A stretch of DNA of 63,215 nt, counting the filler, from Octopus bimaculoides (Eukaryota): the NCBI RefSeq assembly GCF_001194135.2. It is 8 parts of 8 records of this genome, joined end to end, with 100 filler letters (N's around TTAATTAATTAA, not from the genome) between each part and the next. Parts side by side here need not be neighbours in the genome. Positions count along the whole stretch, not along the records: positions 52,107 to 54,334 come from NC_068990.1; positions 54,435 to 59,983 come from NC_068992.1; positions 60,084 to 63,215 come from NC_068981.1; 5 more parts are not named here. One strand, written 5' to 3'. Shown piece after piece: positions 52,172 through 63,215 of the stretch (position 1 is the stretch's first letter; each line of letters starts with the position of its first letter). Under the pieces are notes generated by a model, which saw only the letters and a program-made list of their open reading frames with translations, did no database searches and was not told the DNA's origin. Position numbers and translations under genes: made by a program.

Positions 52172-52595
52172 TGACGGAGTGTGTGAAATAAGAGTGTGGC
52201 ATTGTGACGGGGTAAGGTTGGGGGTAGGACAAACATACTTCAGGCATGATGTTATATTAGGAGTTAAGTGGACACCTGTCCACTTGAAATAGGGGAGGTG
52301 GAGATCTGCTGTATTGGGTGGTGGTGTAAAGTGGGGAGCGGAGAGGGTAACAGAGAGGCATTGAAAGTGTGAAGTGTGTCATTCGATTCGTTAGTATAGT
52401 CCGGTGTGTGTATGCATAAAAGAATATATGGATGTGTATATATATGTATTCTTTTATTCTTTTATTTGTTACAGTCATTTAACTGCGGCCATGCTGGAGC
52501 ACCACATTTAGTCGAGCAAATCGACCCCAGGACGATCTGTATCCTTATATTTTCGAACAAGGGAATTTAGCACCCCAACTCAGCTCAAAACAATA

Positions 52596-52640
52596 TCTGT
52601 GTATCGCGATTTCTGGATTATTTTCCTTCATCAGCACAGA
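52596..52640 (-). ncRNA. Minimal type-I hammerhead ribozyme motif
   Basis: Minus strand: TCTGTG-CTGATGA-A-GGA(AAATAA)TCC-A-GAAA-TCGCGA-T-A-CACAGA. 6-bp stem I, intact CUGAUGA and GAAA, palindromic stem III ATCGCGAT, AUA cleavage triplet. The 10.1-11.1 position is A/A. Confidence 0.75.
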
Positions 52641-53128
52641 ATAATTGTTTGGCTAGAGGTGGCGCTGCCAAATCTCGTTGTGAGATTTTAAAATAGTAAT
52701 TTTCTAATTTATAGATCAGTGACTAGTCACTTTGAAAACTATATATTTCAAACAGGAGTGATCTGCAATATTGAAATATTTCAAAACTTCAGAAAGAATA
52801 CAAGTTTCGGTTTGTTTCTATTAAAACACAAATTAAAGCCGTTAAATATCCGTTTAAAACGCCAGTTCTCACCGTCAAACATTAATGTTTCGGTTTGTTT
52901 TTCGTTTTCCTTGTTTTCAAAATATCACACACGTCTTCAAACATCCTGGTCTATGTGGAAAGAAAATTAAAAAAAAAAAAACAAGAAAAAGTTACGAGCA
53001 ATAACTACCAGTAGTTTCAACCGCGGAAAAACTGTCTTCAATGGTAAGAAAATAAACATACGATAAAACTTTCATTTTCAGCGATGTACTAGAGATCAAA
53101 TAACAGTTACAATGCATTTCCAACACAG

Positions 53129-53159
<31 letters not shown>

Positions 53160-53742
53160 AACAATAACTACTACTATCATCGCTATCACTATTACTGCTG
53201 TTGGGATATTGTTTTATTCATAAGGCATGCAAGGGAGATATGGAAAGGGAGTAAGGACACTAAACCGATGCACTAAATAGAAAATGTAGGATCAAATTGT
53301 GTAGGGTCTACAAAAGAAGGGCCCATCCAAGTAAGAACAACATCAGACCGGGAGAGGCCTCTTCCCAGGACAACTTTTCTTTTTCACGTTTCCGTATCCG
53401 AACTACTGAATGGCTTCAACAAAACGCCAAGGACAGGCTATTTGGAGAGTACAGTAATTAACTTATGATAGACTAAGACTAAGCTACACAGAACATGTAG
53501 GCTGCTTCATGCAACGTCCACTCACACAATTTTGGGAACCAGTGACAGACTCGTAGAAGGAAAGCAAGTAAAATGTGTGAGGACAGACCCATCTCCCTTG
53601 GAGGAAGTATCACCAAGAGAATCCTTGATCATTTATTGTTGGAAACATCCCTAGCCAACGGGGGGGACGGGCAATCCGACCCTCCAAACAAAAGCATGTA
53701 AGTTTTCCTGTTCTTTTCCTTTTGTTTTCTATTTCCGGCAAC

Positions 53743-53840
53743 ATGGTCGTGTACAGAATGGGCAGCGTAAATGTACGCAGCCTGTAGTCGTCTTGGAAGC
53801 GTAGTCACGTGCTCAATGATCTCAGGGAATGTCGACGTGA
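53743..53840 (+). mobile_element. Possible Tx1/L1-like ORF2 start (APE N-terminus)
   Basis: MVVYRMGSVNVRSL*SSWKRSHVLNDL resembles the endonuclease N-terminal xxNVRGL motif. Short and interrupted. Confidence 0.3.
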
Positions 53841-53999
53841 AACCATAAGAAAATTATCAGTTTGTTTTAAAATTTGAGATTACATAGAATAGTATTTTAC
53901 GTAGGCTATGGGCAGTTCCCATGAGCACTATCGTTTGAATTTCTGCCATTCTGGGGTTTCCTGGTATCTGAGCTAGGTAGCAATCAGCCCCTTTTGCTA

Positions 54000-54029
54000 T
54001 CATTCTTCTTCTTCTTCTTCTTCTTCTTC

Positions 54030-54082
<53 letters not shown>

Positions 54083-54090
54083 ATTATTAA

Positions 54091-54124
<34 letters not shown>

Positions 54125-54239
54125 GTTGTTGTTGTTGTTGTTGTTGTTGTTATAACCGTTGTTGTTCTTCTTTTTCTTCTTCTTCTCCTCCTCCTCTTCC
54201 TTCTTCATCCTTCGCCTTTGTGGCAAGTAAATGAAATCA

Positions 54240-54279
<40 letters not shown>

Positions 54280-54280
54280 G
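54000..54280. repeat. (TTC)n-(TTA)n-(TTG)n compound microsatellite
   Basis: Directly visible. Confidence 0.95.
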
Positions 54281-54744
54281 GGGATTTTCCATGAGTAACC
54301 CACCAACGTCTCCTCCCTATTGAGGATTACACATNNNNNNNNNNNNNNNNNNNNNNNNNNNNNNNNNNNNNNNNNNNNTTAATTAATTAANNNNNNNNNN
54401 NNNNNNNNNNNNNNNNNNNNNNNNNNNNNNNNNNTATATATATATATATATATACAAAGTACACCTACATGGATGAATGACGATAAGCAAAATGTTTCAT
54501 ACATATATAGATTTATAGATTTGTGCTTCTCTATTGATATACAGAGATTTCATTCATGTATTCTGAAGACACACAATATATATATATGCATGTATGTATG
54601 TATATATGTATGTATGCATGTGTATATATATGTACGTACTAGTGTATAAGTATAAATACATACATATTTTATATACATTTATTTGCATACATATGTGAAA
54701 ATAAGTACATGCGTATATATATATATTTATAGGTGTGTATGCAC

Positions 54745-54848
<104 letters not shown>

Positions 54849-54910
54849 ATGTATATGTATGTATTATGTATGTATGTAGGTATGTATGTAGCTAGATAGA
54901 TTGTGAGACA

Positions 54911-55149
54911 TATTTCTTTATTGACTACAGGGGGCTAAACATAGAGGGGACAAACAAGGACAGACAAAGGGATTAAGTCGATTACATCGATCCCAGTGCG
55001 AAACTGGTACTTATTTATTTAATCGACCCCGAAAGGATGAAAGGCATAGTCGACATCGGCGGAATTTGAACTCAGAACGTAACGGCAGACGAAATACCCG
55101 CTAAGCATTTTTGCCCGGCATGGAAACGATTCTGCCAGCTCACCGCCCT
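54911..55149 (-). mobile_element. Near full-length SINE family 1
   Basis: Minus strand head GGCGGTGAGCTGGCAGAATCG (A box) and GAGTTCAAATTCCGCC (B box), central GCCTTTCATCCTTTCGGGGTCGAT, tail ...CAATAAAGAAAT. Confidence 0.9.
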
Positions 55150-55177
55150 TATGTAGATTGATAGATAGATAGATAGC

Positions 55178-55248
<71 letters not shown>

Positions 55249-55299
55249 GTAGGTGCTGGGACGTATTTCTGTATATATATATATGTATATGATTTTATA

Positions 55300-55415
55300 G
55301 TTATGTACATGCATGCAGACATACGTGTGTATGTTCATGTCTATTCACAAGTAAGCACCTATGTGTATCTGAATATATGTAAGTATATACATCTGTGTGG
55401 GTTTGTGTGTGTGTA

Positions 55416-55487
<72 letters not shown>

Positions 55488-55651
55488 TGTATGTGTGTGT
55501 GTGTGCGTGTTTGTATCGTTATGTCTGAATGTCTGTGTTTGTCTGTCTTAGTGAAGAATTGTATATATTGATATATTGATAAATTGATATATAAATAATT
55601 TCATATATATTGATATATATGACGATATATGTGTGCCTTTGAGTGTATATA

Positions 55652-55692
<41 letters not shown>

Positions 55693-55935
55693 TGCATGCA
55701 CGCGCGTTAGTCTTTTGTGTGACTCTACGTATGTATCTGAATATGTAAGCGTTTAAGTCGACAAACAAACCTAGAATCAAATGTGGGTTGGAAGGAAAAG
55801 TACGAGAATGCATTATTGCATTTTAATGCACATGCGCACTCGAACATTGCACTTGGGAACAGAGAAACATGGGCATAATACTTAAATACCATCATTTAGA
55901 CGTATGTGCGTGCAATTGTATATGCATTTATGTAC

Positions 55936-56005
<70 letters not shown>

Positions 56006-58002
56006 CTGTATATATGCTATACTTATATATATGTATATATATGTATTTATATGTATGTATGTACATATATATATATATATATATATACATACACACATAC
56101 ATACATTCATACATACGGACATACATACACACATACATACAGACACATATACAAACATACACATATACATGCATTCATACATACATACATACATACATAA
56201 ATACATAAACACACACACATACATACAGGCATAATACATACACACATACATAGATTCATACATACATAGACACACACATTCATACATTCATACATACACA
56301 TATACATACATACACACATACATGCATACATACACGCATTATACATACACACGTACATACATATGTGTATGCAGAAAATACAGACAGATGTACATATAGA
56401 TAGGTATACAAATACGTAGATAATAGACAAGAACATATTTATATCTTCAAGTGCACACGCATGCATTTTTTTTCTGCTTGTTATACNNNNNNNNNNNNNN
56501 NNNNNNNNNNNNNNNNNNNNNNNNNNNNNNNNNNNNNNNNNNNNNNNNNNNNNNNNNNNNNNNNNNNNNNNNNNNNNNNNNNNNNNNNNNNNNNNNNNNN
56601 NNNNNNNNNNNNNNNNNNNNNNNNNNNNNNNNNNNNNNNNNNNNNNNNNNNNNNNNNNNNNNNNNNNNNNNNNNNNNNNNNNNNNNNNNNNNNNNNNNNN
56701 NNNNNNNNNNNNNNNNNNNNNNNNNNNNNNNNNNNNNNNNNNNNNNNNNNNNNNNNNNNNNNNNNNNNNNNNNNNNNNNNNNNNNNNNNNNNNNNNNNNN
56801 NNNNNNNNNNNNNNNNNNNNNNNNNNNNNNNNNNNNNNNNNNNNNNNNNNNNNNNNNNNNNNNNNNNNNNNNNNNNNNNNNNNNNNNNNNNNNNNATGCA
56901 ATTACATACATTTAAACACACACACAAACACATCTTCATCTATATATATATATATATATATATATAAAGATGTGTTTGTGTGTGTGTTTAAATGTATGTA
57001 ATTGCATATGTAAGTATGAGCATGTGTCGATATGTATGCTTAAATATGTGTGTTTCTGTCTGTCTGTGTGTGTACATACACACATTTGTATGCATCTATG
57101 TATGTATATATAACTATATATAAATAATATATAAATGAGATGTGTCATAGAGCGAACCACATCGATTCACTTTGCTCCATTTCTTACTCTGCTGTAAAAG
57201 AGTACAATACTAGTGCTTCTGTAGCCTTCTTATGGCCTTACTGTCACATTCTCTATGTTCTTGGATCGCTAAGAGTACGTTTATGTCTGCATACAATCAC
57301 ACAGGCACCTGAAACAAATATCGAAAACATGGAACAAGCTACTAGGTCATAATCGCTTGAGAGTGACAGCTAAGTCTTTCTACTAAAGACTTGAATACTC
57401 CTAGTGATGATTTGTCGTTCACGACTATTGAAAACAGGCAACTAATTAAATATCAAAGACAAATCATAACTTGACGAATGTGAGAACATTTTTGCGTATT
57501 TATGTGCATGTGGGTTTATGTGTGTGTGCGTGGTTGTATAAATGGTTTTCACACATCAGTCGTTTGAATAATCGGTAACTTGAAACTCGATGTTACGATT
57601 TCAGCAACATCGTTTTCAAATAAAACACATACACTCTGCTTTGTGTATTGCGTACTTCTTGCCGTTTGTAAACACAATCAATCATATCGGTTTGCTTGTG
57701 TGTATGTATATATTTATACATTGATTCACGCCATTTATACGCAAATACGCAAATATGCATCCACACATACATTCAAATCCCCTCACGCTTATACACAAAT
57801 AAATACGAAATACATTCACATACAAACTTATACGCTCATACATATGTAGAAATACATGCACAAACATAATAACCATAGAAAAATTAACAGAAGACGTAAA
57901 CACTTATATACACACACGAAACTGATATGCACTCAGTCACGTGACTAACTACTTAGCTACTAATCCATTTACCTACCTACGTACTTATTAATCAATTAGA
58001 CC

Positions 58003-58038
<36 letters not shown>

Positions 58039-58269
58039 NNNNNNNNNNNNNNNNNNNNNNNNNNNNNNNNNNNNNNNNNNNNNNNNNNNNNNNNNNNNNN
58101 NNNNNNNNNNNNNNNNNNNNNNNNNNNNNNNNNNNNNNNNNNNNNNNNNNNNNNNNNNNNNNNNNNNNNNNNNNNNNNNNNNNNNNNNNNNNNNNNNNNN
58201 NNNNNNNNNNNNNNNNNNNNNNNNNNNNNNNNNNNNNNNNNNNNNNNNNNNNNNNNNNNNNNNNNNNNN

Positions 58270-58310
<41 letters not shown>

Positions 58311-58437
58311 CATCCATATATATGCATGTACAGAAACATATATGTTAATACATATGCATATATATATATGCATTGTATGCATGTAGTTATAAATTTATGC
58401 ATATATCTATATATAAACATGTATTCCTACTCATGTA

Positions 58438-58492
<55 letters not shown>

Positions 58493-58938
58493 GACACGTA
58501 TTTATTTATAAATACACACATACACATACACAAACAGAATAAAAGAGAGAAATACAGAAATACAGATATTTACCGAATTACTCACACTTTCACAGCCAAA
58601 CGTATGTCTATGTGTATGTATGTTTGATGTATCTATGTATGTATGTATGTTCAATTAACATTTGTATTTCTATATTTCTCGATATGTGTATATGTGTGTG
58701 CGTGTGTGCGTTTGTGTGTGTTTATGTGTGTGTGTATGTGTTTATGTGTATGTATGCATCTATCCATATTCAATTAACATTTGTCTCTCTCTCTCTCTCT
58801 TTCTCTCTCTTACTCTCTCAATACATATATGAATATACGTGTGTGTGTGTGTGTGTGTGTGTGTTTNNNNNNNNNNGTGTGTGTGTGTGTGTGTGTGTGT
58901 TTGTGTGTGTGCATGAGTGTATCTATTAATCTACAAAG

Positions 58939-58985
<47 letters not shown>

Positions 58986-59028
58986 TGATAGGTAGGCAGG
59001 CAGGTACATAGGTAGAAAGACTGGCAGG

Positions 59029-59096
<68 letters not shown>

Positions 59097-59138
59097 AACG
59101 TATAGACATGCGTGTACGAAGATACGTACACTTACATT

Positions 59139-59169
<31 letters not shown>

Positions 59170-59170
59170 G
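55300..59170. repeat. Extended field of (TA)n, (TG)n, (TATG)n, (GA)n and (GATA)n microsatellites with gaps
   Basis: Directly visible. ORFs here are YI/CV/HT low-complexity artefacts. Confidence 0.9.
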
Positions 59171-60288
59171 TATCTACGTACATATAGCCAAATGGGAAAC
59201 AGCGCTTCACTTTAGCTATAAGAAAATGGCCGCCACCACTTTCCAATATAGGTGAATGCCAAATGCCAAGTTGAATATAGGCAATTGCCTAAGCGTTTGA
59301 TGGGTGACAGGGAGGATGGGATCATGTGACGTCCATACGTTTCTCAAGAACATTAGTGACATGCGTCAACTGAAAATAGCTAAAACCGCACAGTCTAACC
59401 GGATTAAAAACACATCACCTCAGCAATTTTACCCAGAGTAGCCATCTTTTGCCCGCCTCTTCTTACTTACTCCGCATAGATCCACTCTATCTTAAGATTT
59501 AAGCACCAGGACAATTGCAGTGACGTTCATGCTTTCCTAAGAGTATTAGCAATTTAAGTGTCGGATCTGAGTCGGTTGAGTGTCTCTGTTAATGCTACTT
59601 TATTTTATTTTCATTTTCATTTTTATTTTATTTTATTCTATTTATTTATTCGGTCCCCAGTTGGAGATGCAGAGAAGATGTCTTTTTTTTTTTGTTTGTT
59701 TTTTTTGTTTTTTTTTCCTGGAACAACAGAAACGGAGATTACTGAACGAAGGAATTATACGTGCAATATGTACATTAAGAATAAAAATGATATTACATTG
59801 GTTGTTGGTGTTGTTGTTGCTGTTAAAGTTATCATTGTTGCTGTTATTTTTGTTGTGCATGTAATCTCTCTTGCTGATACGGAGGTTACTATAATCTGTG
59901 CTTCTGCTGCTGCTGCTGCTGCTGTTTGTTATCGTTGATATTGCAGTTGTTGTTATCATCTTTCTTGATATTGTAATGTCGGTNNNNNNNNNNNNNNNNN
60001 NNNNNNNNNNNNNNNNNNNNNNNNNNNTTAATTAATTAANNNNNNNNNNNNNNNNNNNNNNNNNNNNNNNNNNNNNNNNNNNNAATGCTATTTAAGACCT
60101 GCAACCACCTATATTATTGTTGCTGCTAATAACAACTATCTATATTTAGCGCAGATAATAAAAACAATAATACTCTCTATATAAATATTCACTTCTGAAT
60201 ATTTACTCATATATATATATATATATATATATTACGGAGATGTACTTGCATAGCAAGTGACCCGATCTGAGATCGTGTGCTGGAACGA

Positions 60289-60582
<294 letters not shown>

Positions 60583-61215
60583 ATGTGTGTGCACATACGT
60601 ACATACACATATTGATAATAAGATAGATAGATACATAGACAGGCAGACCGATGTATTTTATTCCTGATGTGACGTGATCCCGTTCTAGGGACTCATGTCG
60701 AATGATAACTTTTTTTTTTTTATTGGCTAGAAACGTTTCCAGTACAGCAGAGCAAAATTCTATACGTCATTCTTTCCAGTTGTGCTTTAAACTCGTCATA
60801 CTTTCCGACACACAAAATCTTCCTTTATCTTTTGTGATGCGTTGTAACCAAAGTCCAGTTGTACCGCTTACGGACTGTGACACATCTGACCGCGAGAATC
60901 AATTCGTCCACTCGCTACTGATTCGATTCTAGGATCGCTTTCTAAGGTCTCCAACATTTACATTACTTTTCAAAAGTAAATAGACACACCTTCATCATAC
61001 CGTTTAATCTGTACGGATACACCCAGTGCATCGAAGTTGCCTTAACTTGTTATTGGGTTATTTCTGAAAACTTTATCCAAAAAACCTGAAAGCATAGCCT
61101 GTGTTGTGTCTCAATTAAAAGATAGTTGATCATCTGCGACTCATTGAAAAGTGAGGGAAATTGGAATACATTGATTATTTAATGCACATTATATACTTTA
61201 AATACACTTCATATA

Positions 61216-62469
61216 ACGGGTCATCCCATAAATAATGCAGTTTTACAATTGCATGAAATAAAAGCCAGAGGTGTACGGGACAAACTACCTGCATCAACTT
61301 GCTATAAAAGCGGGTAGTAATTTTACCTTGTTATTTTAGTGCAAATTTTGAAGAAGTTCGATTGTAAGTTATTTTTTCAAAGCCATAGTTGAAGTGACAA
61401 AGGAGCATATTCGGCATGTTTTGCTTCGAGTTCAGTAACGGCAACAACGCAACGGAAATGGTGAGGAATTTTAATGCAGTATGCCGGGATCGGGCAATAG
61501 GCGTAAGCCAATGTCAACGGTGGTTCCAGAAATTCCAAGCCGAAAACTACAGCCTAGAAGATGAGCCTCGCCCTGGAAGATCTGTAGAGTTCAACGAGGG
61601 CGTCCTGCTAACTCTGATGGAGCAAAATACCATCGTAACTGTTGAGGAACTAGCAGAGAAGCTTCTATTTGGTCATTCAACCATTCATCGATACCTGCGT
61701 GCCATCGGAAAAGTTTGCAAATTGGATCAATGGTTTCCTCACAAACCTTTTGAGATTAATCGCGCGCAGAGAGTGAATGTGTATTCTTCTTTGCTGCCTC
61801 GTCTAACGAATAAACCTCTTGTGGATCTAATAGTGACAGATGACAAGAAATGGGTTCTCTATAAAAATTTCAAGCGCCGAAGACAGTGGGTAAGGAAAGG
61901 AGAAAGACCGGTGCCGCAGGTTAAAGTAGGTCTTCACCCACGTAAAGTGTTGTTGTCTGTTTAGTGGAATATGAATGATTTAGTCGTCTTTGAACTTTTA
62001 AAACTCAAACCAAACGATAACAAAGGAGATCTACTGCGAGCAGCTTGATCGGTTTAAGTCAGCACTAGAAGAAAAACGACAATTTTTGGTTTCAAGATGA
62101 AAGGTGTTCTTCCATCAGGATAACGCTCAGTCACATACGGTGAGGATCGCATCCCAAAGGCTGGAGCATTTTGAATGGGAAACGATGCCCCACCTATCAC
62201 ATTCGCCGGATATTGCCCCATCTGATTATCATTTTGTTCTGCAGTCTTCAAAATCATTTGGACAGAAAATATATGAATTCTGTAGGCGAGGAGTATTTTT
62301 GTCTCGGACAAGTGAATTTTGGAAGAATGGCCTTGCAAATCTATCAGATAGATGAGAGAGTATTGTAGAAAATGAAGGAGAGTATATTTTAAATTTAAAA
62401 AGAAATTCCTTCAGTTTTTTAAAAATTAGAGAAGTATAAAAAAACCGCATTATTTATGGGATGACCCAA
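61216..62469 (+). mobile_element. Near full-length mariner (DD34D) with both TIRs, transposase pseudogene
   Basis: TIRs ..GGGTCATCCCATAAATAATGC.GTTTT at both ends with TA flanks (61214-61215, 62470-62471). EVTKEHIRH, SLEDEPRPGRS, WFPH, IVTDDKKWV, HQDNAQSH and SPDIAPSDYH. Start codon lost; stops and frameshifts. Confidence 0.95.
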
Positions 62470-63110
62470 TACTTTATGCACAATTTTATAGATTTGATAC
62501 ACAGTGCTTTCCCGCTTTCTTTCTAACTCTTCACCTTATCCTCTTTTTCTCTCCCTTTTTACTTTCGGTCTTTGCTTTTCCCTTCAACTAATCACGTGAA
62601 AGCTTTAAGGACGGCTCTAAGTAAAGGGGGAAAAATTTACACATTTCACTCACCAGTACTTCTTCCAACCCACCCATCTCCGCGCCCTTCAACTAATCAT
62701 GCGGAAGCCTTACGTATGGGCTAAGTAACGGAGGAACAAGAAAAATCATTGTAAGATGTATATACACATGCTACGTTCCTTTACACTTGTGCCTATGAAC
62801 ATACACACATACATGCACATGCCTGTGTTACATGTGTATGTGTGTGTATGTGTGTGTATGCGCGTTTCTCTGTAACTATACAACCATGTATTGCACACAT
62901 GCACACTGTATTTGCCTTACAATTTACTTGACATGAAATCGTGTGCTGAAACTGATAATGTTATATTTTGAGGGAGATACTTTTCCAACAGATACATATG
63001 CACTAGTTATAGTCCACGTTACCATTGTTAATTGGTTTGTGAAAGTTTGAAATACCGTTCCACATATGCAGCATAATTAGTTAGAACACACGGTTTCATA
63101 TATGAGAGAA

Positions 63111-63141
<31 letters not shown>

Positions 63142-63215
63142 TAGAAAGAGCGAGAGCGAGAGAGAGCGAGAGAAAGAGAGCGAGAGAAAGAGAGCGAGAG
63201 AAAGAGAGAGAAAAA

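Noticed and set aside
56896-57007. Perfect 41-bp palindrome around a (TA)n tract
   Set aside because: It abuts a gap and is centred on self-complementary (TA)n, so a read flip in assembly is the likelier cause. Long reads would be needed to rescue it.

Overview
AT-rich, microsatellite-dense eukaryotic DNA. It is most likely from an octopus (inferred from the SINE families and repeat landscape; no search was run). The draft assembly has many N gaps, including seven 100-bp gaps carrying a synthetic TTAATTAATTAA linker, so contiguity across them is not guaranteed. The only host coding sequence I can support is exon 1 of NAMPT (14405-14476, +, MSSDQDPFPFTSLDNIILLTDSYK then a GT donor), preceded by a well-spaced TATA-Inr promoter. 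It is missing from the ORF track and I found no exon 2. The rest is decayed mobile DNA: RTE, CR1 and possibly Tx1/L1 LINE pieces, four Penelope-like (PLE) ORF fragments, a Buster/Charlie hAT transposase, a MULE relic, a Helitron end, three mariner and one DD37D-like Tc1/mariner pieces, and many tRNA-derived SINEs. The most interesting signals are (1) three different minimal type-I hammerhead-ribozyme motifs, one with a compensatory G3-C8 swap of the conserved C3-G8 core pair (60343-60393), and (2) repeated local inverted duplications that interrupt older elements, including a ~420-bp-arm inverted repeat about 400 bp upstream of the NAMPT start site. Most ORFs in the supplied track are microsatellite or gap artefacts. 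TE boundaries are approximate unless a TIR, TSD or junction is cited.
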